Assembly (NCBI RefSeq): GCF_009914755.1
Contig: NC_060940.1
DNA: 64,000 bases
Reading direction: 5' to 3' (one strand)
From: the human T2T-CHM13v2.0 reference genome, Homo sapiens
Under the pieces are notes generated by a model. It did not search any database. It was given only the letters and a program-made list of their open reading frames with translations, and was not told where the DNA came from. The position numbers and the translations under genes were made by a program. This document shows positions 28,357-42,896 of this stretch, in pieces. The number at the start of each line of letters is the position of its first letter. The stretch's first letter is position 1.

Positions 28357-28454
28357 TAAACACTTTCCCCTCAGTCCTTCAGTTTTGAAATAAAATATCT
28401 AAATTATTTTTCCTACTTCAAAATATATAAAATTTAATTGGATATGAATATACC

Positions 28455-28620
28455 CACACCCAATAGAATGGAAGCTTCATGTGGCCAAGGGTTTTATTTA
28501 GTCAATTTTGTTCATTGATGAACTTTTTGGTGCCCAGAACAGATTCTGGCATATGGTAGTTCCTTCATATTCAGCTCTCTGAGTATAAGAAAATGAAATA
28601 AGAAATTCATGAATGAATGA
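28455..28620 (+). mobile_element. L2a 3' end
   Basis: TAGAATGGAAGCTTCATG...TGCCCAGAACAG...TGAATGAATGA. Confidence 0.7.
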
Positions 28621-28664
28621 AAAAATTGCTGAGGGCCATTGTATTAAATTCCACACTGATCATG

Positions 28665-29185
<521 letters not shown>

Positions 29186-29330
29186 ATCATCAAGGTGGCT
29201 AGTATGGTGGAATAGATGCTGAGTACACAACCTGAGCCTTGCTAGCAGGTGGTGGATTTATGTATCCTTCTTTCTCAGAGGAATGCGAATGGAGAAAAAT
29301 AATTCTATCAAAAGGATGTCTCTTTGCGGG

Positions 29331-29527
29331 AGGCAGTGTAATATATTAGGAAGAGGGGGTACTTTGAAACTGAAGAAATAGAAGTTTGAATTCAGACTCA
29401 GTTACTCACTAGCTGAGTTGGGCACATTGTTTGGCCTCTCTGGCAAGTTCCATTTTCTGTTAAAAAGGCTAAATAATGTTACCCAATCCAGATTGCTGCC
29501 CTGAGGATTAAGTGAGCTGACACATAC
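29331..29527 (+). mobile_element. MIR
   Basis: GTTTGAATTCAGACTCAG...CTGAGGATTAAGTGAGCT. Confidence 0.7.
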
Positions 29528-29612
29528 AACACACAAACGTGTGTACATGTGTACACACACCCACCACCACCACCACGACCACACCATACATTAACTTTCA
29601 GTCTTCCAGTGA

Positions 29613-29910
29613 TGGAATCAGAACACAAGAATTTCATCATTAAAATGGTCCTTAAAACTATCACCTCCTCTGACTCTTATAATAGATATCTCTTCTTCAG
29701 CTATTTCAACAGATGATCACACAGTCTCTACTTGAATGCCTCCAATGCCAGGTGCCTCACTACTTGATAAAGCAGCCTAATTCTCCTGTTAGATCTCGTT
29801 ATTAGAAAGTTCTTTTTAGGATGGACCAGGTTCTTCCTGCTTGTGGTTTCTACCACTTGTTCTCATTTCTGTCCTGGAGCCCTGAAGAATGAGAAAATCC
29901 CTTTCCACCT
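29613..29910 (-). mobile_element. L3/CR1 3' fragment
   Basis: CTCTACTTGAATGCCTCCAATG...CTCACTACT...TTAGAAAGTTCTT motifs. Confidence 0.7.
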
Positions 29911-30474
29911 CACAATCTTTCTTGTTAACCAGACTTGCACTGGATAATCATAGCTTGGCAGTATATTATCTGCAGGGTGGTGTATCACACGATTGGATTC
30001 TTTCATGTGGACATTCTGCTTTGCTCCTAGATTTGGAACAGTATAGAAAAGTCATACATATAAGTACCTTTAGAAGTCAGCCAGATAATAGAAAAAACTG
30101 AGATCAGCTAACTAAGCTCAATGGCAAAATGAAGATTCAATGACCCCCTAAAAAGAAACAGCTTCCACTCCATTTTAACTCCTCTTTCTCCAGTTGAAAT
30201 CTGGCCTACTATTGTTAGATATGGATTTTTTAAGAGGTACCCAAATTTCATAATTTTACTTTAAAATAAGACCTAAGTGGAAGAAATTTCCCTTGAGTCT
30301 CAGATGAGATTTTGGAATTTGGACTTTATATTGGAATGAGTTAAGACTCTGGGGGACTATTGAGAAGAGATGATTTTGCAATGTGAAAAGGACATTCCAT
30401 CTGGGGGTCCAGGGATGGAACAATATGGTTTGGATATTTGTCCCTTCCAAATCTCATGTTGGAATGTGTATTCC

Positions 30475-31751
<1,277 letters not shown>

Positions 31752-32403
31752 CAAAACAGACTAATACAGATGTCTTCCGCAACCATCTGATGGAGAGGAC
31801 TGGTTGGATGCCGAAGACCAACAGATGGGCACCTTCTTCTTCTGCAGTTCAGACAGCCTGGAAGCTCCAGGCTAAAAGGACTACAAGGTCTCTCCACGTA
31901 AGGGCTGGCATCTCCTCAATTAAAAGACCCATGGAAATCAGCCCTGACTGGTCTCTCTTCCCCTGATCCTGCCATATTTCCTTAGCCTGCTCTTCCCTGT
32001 GTTGTGCTGAAAGGAATGGGGAAGAGCAGATTAAGCAGGTGGCTGACTTGAATTTTTCTCCTGGCCTGAAATTCTTGGCAGAGGCCAAGAAGAAAGTGAC
32101 AGGTGAAAGTAGAAGTGAGTGAACCAGAGGCCTCAGCACATGCACATCTGTCCTGTTCATACCAAAGCCTGAGTCTCTGAAGGAGAGCAGGAAGAAAAAA
32201 CTTGGCTAGGAGGTGTCTGCTTTGAGAATGTATTGGGTGGGGGTTGGAGGTGGCGACCCACATCATGTGAGCTATGGCACTTCACTCCAGTGAGGCCAAC
32301 AGGCTTTGGTGGATACACATCAGGAGACAACCATAGCATTTGGAAAAGCTCCTTCTGTGTATGTCAGGACCAACGTGGGGGCCATTAAACAACTGCTTAA
32401 GAG

Positions 32404-32537
32404 GAAGGAAAGAAGAAAAGGGGAACTGGAAGGAAGGAGGGAAGGAAGGAAGGAAGGAAGGAAAGAAGGAAGGAAAAATGGGATGGAGGGACGGAGGAAT
32501 GAAGATGGGGAGGGAGGGAAGGGAGAAGAAGGGAAGA
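32404..32537 (+). repeat. GA-rich (GGAA)n-like tract
   Basis: Seen directly. Confidence 0.9.
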
Positions 32538-32565
32538 ATTCAGACACAGAGACAAACTTTCACCC

Positions 32566-33127
32566 CACAAATATTATTTAAATGCCTCCTATGGACCAAG
32601 TACTGTGTTAGGCATCAGGGACAGAGATGCTTACACTGAAGGCAGAGAAAGAGAACAATAAAATCCACAACTTTTCAGGTTGTGAAAAGTTCTTGGAAGT
32701 AAAAAAAAAAAAAGAAAAAAAAAAGCAAGGTGCTGTGCTTTTGTGCTTTCATCGGATGGTTAGGAAGGACATTTCTCAGTGGGTGACATTGCAGGCTGGA
32801 TGTGAACAAAGGGAGCGAGCCAGCTAAGCAAAGATCCCGGGATGGAGATTTCCAGGAGATGAGTGGCTTGTTCCAGGAACAGCCCAGGAACAGCAAAAGA
32901 GTTGGTGGCTGGGGAAGAAGTACAAGAAGCAGCAGGAAGCAAGATTATAAGATTTCCTGTGGCCTGAGCATGAGGAGGAGGCGGTGGAAGGTTCAGAACA
33001 GAGGAGGGACGTGATTTGATGGTACATTTTCAACAGGATCCCTCTGGCTGCCAGGTTGAGCAGAGGTGCAGCTGGACACACATGAAGCCCAGGGCTGTTA
33101 GGATGCCACTGCCCTCATCCAGATGGA
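32566..33127 (-). mobile_element. L2a fragment
   Basis: AAATATTATTTAAATGCCTCCTATG...AACAGAGGAGGGACGTGAT...AGGATCCCTCTGGCTGC. Confidence 0.75.
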
Positions 33128-33175
33128 CACACACCAGCACCACCACTCATCAGCTCCTCACACTGAGCAAGACAC

Positions 33176-33474
33176 TGTTTGGTTTGGTTTGGTTTGGCTA
33201 AGGACAGGGTCTCACCCTGTCACCCAGGCTGGAGTCCAGTGGTGCAATCATAGCGCACTGCAGCTTTGAACTCCTAGACTCAAGGGATCCTCCAGCCTCA
33301 GCCTCCTGAGTAGCTGGGACTACAGGTGCGTGCCACCATGCCCAGCTAATTTTTGTATTTTTAGTAGAGATGGGATTTCACCATGTTGGCCACGATGGTC
33401 TCGAACTCTTGACTCTGCCCCCTCTCGGCCTCCCAAAGTCCTGAGATTACAGGCGTGAGCCACCGCGCCTGGTC
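33176..33474 (-). mobile_element. Chimeric Alu (J-type right arm, S-type left arm)
   Basis: ATCATAGCGCACTGCAGC (J) versus TTTCACCATGTTGGCCACGATGG (S). Confidence 0.85.
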
Positions 33475-33486
33475 AAAACGTATATA

Positions 33487-33640
33487 TTTTTTAAGAGACA
33501 GGTCTCGCTCAATCATCCAGGCTGGAGTACTGTGGCATAATTATAGTTCACTGCAGCCTCGAATTCCTGAGCTCAAGCGATCCTCCCACTTCAGCCTTCC
33601 AAAGTGCTGGGATTACAGGCGTGAGCCACCATGTCTGGCC
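33487..33640 (-). mobile_element. FAM/FRAM-like Alu monomer
   Basis: Single arm with the right-arm insert but a left-arm 5' end (CCAAAGTGCTGGGATTACAGGCGTGAGCC). Confidence 0.8.
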
Positions 33641-33726
33641 ATCAAGGCACAAGTTGATGGCATCTGAGAGATGTAGCAGCAACATGGTCAGCACTTGTGA
33701 CCATGGACTTGGGTTTATCCTAGCGC

Positions 33727-33935
33727 TGTCTCCTCCAGCTAGACTGTGCTCCATGAGAACAGGGATCACATCTGTTTTTCTTGACAGATGTGCCCTCAGT
33801 ATCCAGAAGAGCATCTGGCATAAAAATATGACCATGATTATGTAAAATGGTAGCATTAGCGGAAACTGGGTAATAAGTGTGTGGGAACTCTAATTATTTA
33901 CATTATCTTGTAACTTTTCTTTCAAATAAAAACAA
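33727..33935 (+). mobile_element. L2a 3' fragment followed by an L1MC 3' end
   Basis: CTAGACTGTGCTCCATGAGAACAGGGA; GGAAACTGGGTAATAAG...GGGAACTCT. Confidence 0.65.
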
Positions 33936-34169
33936 TTAACAATAATGCTGGCAGACAAAAAAAAAAAAAAGTCAAAGTGGGTTCTAAAAAATGCAAACCT
34001 GGCTTGTTGCTTCTGTCATTCCTGAGCTTCACCCAAAGCTCCAGACCATATATCTGAGCTCTGCAATAAACATCTGCCATGTCTAAGTCGAGATAATGCC
34101 TCGCACCCGGCTTATGGAGAACTCCCTGACGTCACCCAACCTCCCTTGTTGGGTGCACCTGCCTGGGCA

Positions 34170-34560
34170 AGGCAATTGAAGGATTTTATTATAATAGCAC
34201 TTTGCAGAGCTCACTCGACCCGTCAAAATAATTGTTTGACTTAATGTGAAATCTGAGCTCCACAGCTGCGTGAGTCTGTCCTCCCGGGGAACTCAGGCTG
34301 GCTGCTGCTGGTGCACATTTTAGCATCTCAAATTAACAGCAGTTTGGAAGTCTCCCTAATTAGTTACAGCACTGCTCGAGGTGTCATTTTATTTTTTTTT
34401 ATTTTTATTTTTTATGAGCCCAATAACATATTGCCATTTAAGTTTCTGGAAGACAGGGAGCTATAAATAAATAAAATTATAATTTGCTTGAAGTCTATCA
34501 CACAGATATACTAAGTTCAGAAGTAAGTTTTAATTTGACTAATGAGATGAAACTTTTCTC
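34170..34560. promoter_or_regulatory. Repeat-free candidate enhancer
   Basis: CTAATTAG, AATAATTG, TGTCA and TTTTATGA motifs with several retained CpGs. Inference only. Confidence 0.35.
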
Positions 34561-34674
34561 TGCAGAGTGTGGGCTGTGGGTATGACTGTTGCTCAGAGGG
34601 TGGCATGCCTCAAAACGCCTGGGAGACAGCGCAGCCCAGAGACAAAGAAGAAAGCTGATCTACTCCACGGAATT

Positions 34675-35399
<725 letters not shown>

Positions 35400-35669
35400 C
35401 TATAATTCTTATCTACAGCATGTATGTTCGACAGGGAGCAAAGAAACCTCAGATATTACAGTGGTTTTTGTGCCCCAGATATTACAATGGTGTGTGGGCC
35501 TCCAAAAAGCCACATTATACAAACAGTGTTTTGGGAGTGTTAAAATCTAAGAGGAAGGAGGCTGTTAGGGGAAAGGTTGAGAGTCACTAAAGCAGTAATC
35601 TGTAGTCATCACTATAATTTTAACTGTGTAAAGTGCATCACGAATGTCCCTTGTCTGATTTCAACTGCT

Positions 35670-35893
35670 GTGATATAAGGCTCTGGGGTCAGATGGGCCT
35701 ACATTTAAATCCACCCTTCTCCTTACTAGCTGTGTGATCCTGGCTAGTCACTACACTTCTCTGTTCCTGAGTTTTTGTATCCGTAAAATGGAGCTAATAA
35801 AGTTGTCGTAAGGATGAAAAAAAATAATGCACGCTAAGTGCTTAGGACAATGCCTGCCAACCTATAAGCACTCAATATAAGCGGCTATTATTA
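35670..35893 (+). mobile_element. MIR
   Basis: GGCTCTGGGGTCAGA...TACTAGCTGTGTGA...GTAAAATGG...TAAGCACTCAATA. Confidence 0.85.
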
Positions 35894-35989
35894 AGATTAT
35901 TTTCATCATTATTTTATCAAGCACTTAGCACACACTGGGCACGGGATAAATGATGGCTCAGGAGTGCTTCCAAACAGACTCCTGGCTGG

Positions 35990-36360
35990 CAGGTTCTCAG
36001 GCTCTTCCTCGCTTTCTCTAATGATTGCAGGGAAATGCTGCTGTTTGCTATGCAAATATTTTACTGTGACTCTGTAATCATAATATCACACTACCAAGTG
36101 GACTGCGACAAGACCAACACTCCGATGTGGGAACTTTGCAGTTGCTTGTTGATTCCTGGCAGATCCGTGGGAGCTGCAGGAGCAGCCAGCCGGCTTCTTG
36201 CTGCCCGGGCACATTTCAGGAGACGATGTCTTATTAGCACTGCCCTGCACGGGGGCTTCCTCTTACACAGTCAATTACTGCTCAGCTGTGATGCCGTAAA
36301 GAAAGGGCCCACTTTTAAATAATCAATATGGAATTAAAGTGATTGAAAAGTGCATCTCTC
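35990..36360. promoter_or_regulatory. Repeat-free candidate enhancer with an octamer
   Basis: TTTGCTATGCAAAT (ATGCAAAT at 36050-36057), TAATCAAT at 36320-36327, raised CpG retention. Confidence 0.4.
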
Positions 36361-36611
36361 CACTCCAGGGTTCCCACAGAGCAGAAGGAATTCTCAATTT
36401 GTGCTCAGCGGGGAGCCATTGAAGAATCGAGCGCAGCCGAGACCTACCCCTCCGCATCCAGAGGCCAAGACCCGTGTCCTGACCCCTGCCACCTACAGGG
36501 CCATCTTGGCTGCTTGCAAACTCTTCAGGGTTCATCTGGGATGTTCCTTTTTCCTGCTCAAAATGGCTTCTCCAGATCAAATCTAAATCCCTTGTGTTGC
36601 CGATGAAATCC

Positions 36612-37375
36612 TTTTTTTTAAATTTTTTTTGTTTTTGTTTTTTAGAGATGGAATCTCACTCTGTCACCCAGGCTGGAGGGTAAGGGTGCAGTTATAGCTC
36701 ACTGCAGCTTCGACCGCCTGGGCTCAAGTGATCCTCCCACCTTTGCTTCCTGAGTACCTGGGGCTACAAGTAGACACCACCATGTAGCTGGCCTAAGTCC
36801 AGCTGCTCACTGCTCAGAGGCTGAAAATATGAGAAACCAGGTACAGTGAAAAGAAAGCAACATTATTAATCAAATGCCAGCAGATGGGAGATAACCAGAC
36901 TTCTACCTCAAAGAAGACATCTCAGTCTTTTGGGCTGAGTGAAGGGGTTTAACAAGGAAAAGGCGTGGGAAACCCATCAGAGTGGTACAAGAGGGCGGAG
37001 GTCTACATGTCTTGTTTCCACGTGTTATCTTGAGGAATCAACCATCTGGAGGTCTGGTTTGCATTATCCTGACTCCAACCCGGAAGTCCTGGGCTAACTT
37101 TAACTCCCCATAAGAGGGAGAATTCTGCAGCGGGGTCTCTCTGCCTCCTTTGTTGCAAAATTGGCCCCTGGGATTTCTAAGCAAGCACATAATTAGATAA
37201 GTGAGCACTGTTCACGGAAGTGCCTGGTGGGAAAGGCAGAAACAAAGAGTTTCAAAGTATGTTTCGAGGCTGCAAGCAAAAAAGAAAAACAAAAAAGTTT
37301 TAAAATGCATTTTGAGGCTGGGATACTCGGTGACAACCATGCACAGCTAATTTTTTTACTCTTTTATAGAGACAA
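36612..37375 (-). mobile_element. AluJ right arm and linker, split by an ERV1 LTR
   Basis: Alu 36612-36782 resumes at 37336 (ACCATGCACAGCTAATTTT...AGAGACA); the rest of the left arm is absent. Confidence 0.88.
36783..37335 (-). mobile_element. ERV1 MER4-group (MER49/MER39-like) solo LTR
   Basis: TG...CA ends and a perfect 4-bp TSD ACCA (36779-36782, 37336-37339). Confidence 0.85.
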
Positions 37376-37998
37376 GTAGAATCCAGTTTTCTCGGGGTCT
37401 TGGGAAGTCCTAAACACAGCCTCCAGTTGGTCATGCAGAGTAGATGTGGGGACATTGCAGGCAGGCATCCCAGCTTAGTTCTTCCAACCCACTCAGTCTG
37501 CCAAGGACAGATATGGAGGGGTGACCTGCCAGCCTAGCTGTCCAAGACCATGGGGAAGCATCTACATTGGAGTCAAGTCTTTAAACCCATTGTGGAGCAT
37601 TCACCAGGAGTCACTGCTGTCTGGAGAGTGAAATTCCTGTTTGTAGACAGCAGCCTCCTTGGGCAGAATCAGGGTTCAAGTCTAGATCTCAACCAGGTCC
37701 TCTGTTTTGCAGTGTATTAGTTTGCCATGGCTGCCATAACAAAATACCACGTCTAGACTGGTTGACTTAACCAAGAGAAATTTACTTTCTCACATTCCTG
37801 GATGCAAGAAGTCCAAGGTCAAGGTGCCAGCATGTTTAGTTGCTTCTGAAGCCTGTCTCATTGGCTAGAAGATGCCCACCATTTCAATGTCTTCACATGG
37901 TCTTTGCTCTGTGTGCACACATTATGGATGTCTCTGTGTGTGTCCAAATTGCATCTTCTTAAAAAGACACTAGTTAGGTTGGATTAAAGCCCACCCTA

Positions 37999-38296
<298 letters not shown>

Positions 38297-38588
38297 TCAT
38301 CTCCAAATACAGTCACATTCTGAGGTACTGGAGTTAGGGCTTAAACATATACATTTTGGGGAAATGCAATTCAACCCATAACACTCTGCCCTCTGGACTC
38401 CCGAAATTCACATCCTTCTCACTTGCAAAATACATTCACCCTCATCCCCACACCCTACAAGTCTTGACCCGTGCTGGCATGAACTCTAAGTTCCAAATCT
38501 TATCTAAATCTCATCTAAATCAGATGTGGCTGAGACTCAAGGTGTGATTCATTCTGAGGCAGAACTCCTCTCCAGCTGTGAACCTATT

Positions 38589-39240
38589 CTTTTTCATTTT
38601 TATTTTAGATTTGGTGGGTACATGTGCAGGTGTGTCACAAGGGTATGTTGCATGATGCTAAGGTTTGGGCTTCCATTGATCCCGTCACCCAGAGAGTGAG
38701 AATAGTATCCAATAGTTATTTTTGTTTTGTTATTTTGTTTGTTTGTTGTTGTTGTTGTTTTTGAGACAGAGTCTCGCTCTGTCCTCCAGGCTGGAGTACA
38801 GTGGCACGATCTCGGCTCACTGCAACCTCCACCCACCCAGGGTCAAGTGATTTTTGTGCCTCAGCCTCCTGAGTAGCTGGGATTACAAGTGTGAGCCACC
38901 ATGTCCAGCCCCAATAGGTAGTTTTTCAGCCCTTTCCCCACTTCCTCCTTCCATTTTTGGGGGGTCCCTAATGTCTATTGTTCCCTAGCTTTATGTCCAT
39001 GTGTACCCAAGGTATAGCTCCCACTCATAAGTGAAAACATGTGGTATTCAATTTTCTGTTTCTGCATTAATTCGCTTAGAATAATGACCTCCAGTTGCAT
39101 TCATGTTGCTGAAAAAGACATGATTTTGTTCTTTTTATGGCTGTATATTACTCCATGGTGTATATGTACCACATTTTATTTATCCAACCCACCACTGATG
39201 TGAACTTAGGTTGAGTCCATGTCTTTCTATTGTGAACGGC
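38589..39240 (-). mobile_element. 5'-truncated older L1PA 3' end
   Basis: Perfect 17-bp TSD CCAGCTGTGAACCTATT (38572-38588, 39241-39257). Confidence 0.95.
38721..38910 (-). mobile_element. Alu monomer (left/right recombinant) inside the L1
   Basis: Single arm; degenerate TSD CCAATAGTTA/CCAATAGGTA. Confidence 0.88.
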
Positions 39241-39557
39241 CCAGCTGTGAACCTATTAAACAAAAAAGTGATCTGCTTCCAAAATACAATGGTGGCACAG
39301 GCATAGTATAGACATTCTGGTTCCAAAGGGAAAAAAGAAGAAAGGTTCATGGGTCCCAAGCAAGCCTGGCCCAATAAAACCAAAGAGGTATCCCCCAGGT
39401 ACTGACGAGGAGACAGCCTTGCCTTTGTGGTCATTCTTTCCTTTTCTTGAAGGGTAAGAACGTTCTCATCTGGATAGCTCTAATGTCCTGTCCTGTAGAA
39501 TCCCAGAAGTCTGACAGCCTTTCTCTCATCTCTGAGCCTCAGTCCAAGCTGGTAGCA

Positions 39558-39718
39558 TTTCTGTTTCTGCATTAATTCACTTAGAATAATGGCCTCTAGC
39601 TGCATTCATGTTGATGAAAAATACACGATTTTGTTTTTTATGGTTGTATAGTATTCCATAGAATATACGTACCACATTTTATGTGTTCAATCCACCATTG
39701 ATGGGTGCATAGGCTGAG
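39558..39718 (-). mobile_element. 160-bp L1PA fragment matching 39053-39215
   Basis: Direct alignment to the neighbouring L1; no poly(A) or TSD. Confidence 0.85.
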
Positions 39719-41572
39719 ATGGTTGTGAGATCCTTGAGTGACACCCACAGTATCTTTTTCCTGTGATTGTCCAGTCACGCCCTTGGGATTCTCCCCAGAA
39801 CAAGCTTTCTCACTTGCTGCCATATGGATAGGCTGAGAAATTTCCCAATTTTTACGTTTTGGTTCTGTGTTGCTTAACACTTTCTTCTTCAATGTCTCTC
39901 TCTCCTTTTGCATTTTGCCGTAAGCAATCAGGAGAAAGCTGGCTGCACCTTCAATATTGTGCTTCAACAGTTTCGATTTCTGAAATCTCCTCTGCCAAAT
40001 ATCCAAGTGCTTCACTCACAGGATCCACCTTCTGCAAAACACTAGAACACAATTCAGCCAACCTCTTTGCCACTTATAATAAGGATCTCCTTCTCTCTAG
40101 TGTCCAATAGCACGTTCTTTATTTCCATCTGCGACCTCGTAGAAGCAGCTTTAACACCTGTATTTCTATCATGAGTCTCTTCAACACAATCTGGGCTTTT
40201 TTCTATAACACGTGCTTCACAACTCTTCCAGCCTCTAGCTAATACTCAACGCCAAAGGCATTTCCACAGTTTTAGGTACTTGTTACATCAGCACCCCACT
40301 TCTCTGTACCAAAATCTGCATTCATTTTCTAGGGCTGCCCTAACAAAATACCACAGGCTGGATGGCTTCAACAGCGGGCATTTGTTTCCTCACAGTTCTG
40401 GAATGTAGAAGTCCATGATCAAAGTATTGACTGGTTTCATTTCTCCGGAGGCCTCTCTCCTTGGCTTGCAGATGGACACCTTCTTGCTGTGTCCCCATGT
40501 GGCCTCTCCTCTGTGTCTACATTCATGGTGTCTCTGTGTGTCTGAATTTCCCCTTTTTAGAAGGACACCAGTCAGATGGAACAAGGGCCCACCTCAAGCA
40601 GCTCACTTTCATTTAATCCCCTCTTTAAAGGCCCTGTCACCAAATACAGTCACATTCTGAGGTACTGGGAGTTAGGACTTCAACATATTAATTTCGGGTT
40701 TGGAGAGAGGGGACACAGTTAAGACCATAATAATCAGAAAGAGCTATTTTCTCTCTCTCCCCTGCCCCCCCCCACCACTTTTCTCAGGCTCTCTGTCTCT
40801 TTCAACATCATCTGTAAAATAAGGGGATGTACAGTCGTATACTAAAGACTCTCCATGTCTCTGTGATGCAGTAAGGATACCTGTTTATCCCTACATTAAG
40901 GCCAGAGTTGCAGCTCAGAACAGCCAAGGAGGAAGGCGTAGAATGGAACAAGAAAGCTGTGAAATTATCTTTAGTTCTCTGACCACATAATTCTTTCCTC
41001 CCTGGACGCATTATTCTTTCTGTCATTTAATAAAGTGGTTCCAAGATTATGAGAGAAGGAAAATCACCACCTCATGTCCTTTGGGCTCCCTGAGGGATTA
41101 TGGGATTTTGCATAATTAAATATGAGCCATGTAATTTCCCACCTGCTCACCTCCATTGTATATTGTATTTTGCCCCCTCACAATGTCTCAGCTCCTATTT
41201 CAAGTGGAAAATGTGATTCACGGTGACAAAAATGCTTCCTCCTTCACCTCCCCCTGTGGCTTCCCCCACCCCCGTTCTCTGCGTGGCTCCTACCGCTTCC
41301 TCAGCCCACATCTTGCTGCCAGTCTCTGCTTCTCAGCCCACATATTCCAAAACCTGCCTCGGAATGCAAACTGGGGTACCAGAAGCCTTCCACACTGCTC
41401 AGAATGAGGCCTGGGCAGTAGGAGAGCAGGCTGCTCAGGATCCATGTCCGGCTCCGCAAAATATCTCACTCTTCCAGGCCTCTGTTCATTCATCTGCAGA
41501 AAGAGCTAAGCTTAAATTATTTTCTTGACTGGTTCACATGGAGGTATAAAGAGTCCTGTTACTGCCCAGGCT

Positions 41573-41680
41573 ATTAAGTGCTTTACAAACTATAAAGTGC
41601 GGTACAAATATTGTTCTTGTCAGTTTATAAAGTGCCTTACAAACTATAAAGTGATATACAAATATTGTTCTTTTCAATGT
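41573..41680 (+). repeat. 54-bp tandem duplication
   Basis: AAGTGC(T/C)TTACAAACTATAAAGTG...TACAAATATTGTTCTT twice. Confidence 0.9.
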
Positions 41681-42223
41681 GCTTTGGAAGAAGCTGGATC
41701 CACAGTCACAGGCAGCAGTTCTAAGGGGCAACAGGGACACACAGGAACTCAGCTGATGCCAGGGGTGCCGGGCCTCTGTACTTTCAAAGACATTCTGTTC
41801 TGTTCCTAGGTATCGCTACCAGAACATTCCTAAACAATAACCATCCTGCTGCAGGTGGTGCGAGAAGGGACATCACAGAGCATTTTACATAGGGTCCTAC
41901 AGGCTGATGCCTTTGGGGTCCAGGAAAGAGGAGAAAATGGATGAAGCAGGCCAGATGTTTGCAAGAAAATAGGAAGTTGGAGCAATGTAGGAATTTGAGA
42001 TTTTCTTTCATATTCTTTGTCTTAAAAAAAATTGAGCATGCTAAGGAATGTACCCTACAGGCAGAATCCAGCCCAGGGGAATTCAGTTAACACTCTGAAT
42101 TCTGCTCCTATAGCAGACGCCTGTACTCTGTTCACAGTCCCTCAGGCCTATTTGGGGGTTGCGGCAGATGGTTCCCATAAGGGGAATGGTTTCCTATGTC
42201 TCTCTGCCTAAGAAATGTCTCTG

Positions 42224-42632
42224 TGATATGGTTTGGATGTGTGTCCCCTCCAAACCTCCAGTGTTGCAGGTGGGGCCTGGTGGGATCCCTCATGAATGGC
42301 TTGGTGTCCTCCCTATCCATAGTAATGACTGAGGTCTCACTCTATTAATTCACACGAGAGCTGCTTGTTTAAAAGAGCCTGGCATCTCCTCCCCTCTCTC
42401 TTGCTCCCTCTCTTAATATGTGACATGTCTGCTCCCCCTCTGCCTTTCACCATGACTAAAAGCTTCCTGAGGCCTCACCAGAAGCTAAGCAGATGCTGGT
42501 GCCATGCTTGTACAGTCTGCATAACAGTGAGCCAAATAAATCTCTTTTCCTTATAAATTACCCAGCCTTGGGTATTCTTCGATAATACCTTGGGTAATTG
42601 TTTTTACGCTCAATGCAAAACAAACCAACACA
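42224..42632 (+). mobile_element. MSTB solo LTR
   Basis: TGATATGGTTTGGATGTG...CAACACA with a perfect 5-bp TSD CTCTG. Confidence 0.93.
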
Positions 42633-42896
42633 CTCTGGCAAGTCAAAATGCTCATCTCATACTTGGAGTAGGCTGGATGTGACTGAGTGTTAACGTCCCT
42701 GGAGTGAACCCCAACAAATGAGGATCAAGGCTTAGTGGATAAACACTCCAGCTCCCTCAGCCTGAAAGGGGGCCGTCCTCTCAGAGGGTCCACTGCAGTA
42801 GTGGGCTCACAAATGCACCCTTGACTGGCTTCCTGTCCTTTCCTGTCTCGCTTCCCTACTTCCCATGGTGTTTCCTGAGATCAGTCAAATGAACTA

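Noticed and set aside
32306-32639. Charged low-complexity ORFs
   Set aside because: Translations of a GA-rich simple repeat.
41525-41809. Cys-containing peptide repeat as a coding domain, or a CRISPR-like repeat
   Set aside because: Only two diverged DNA copies with no spacer array; explained by a 54-bp tandem duplication.
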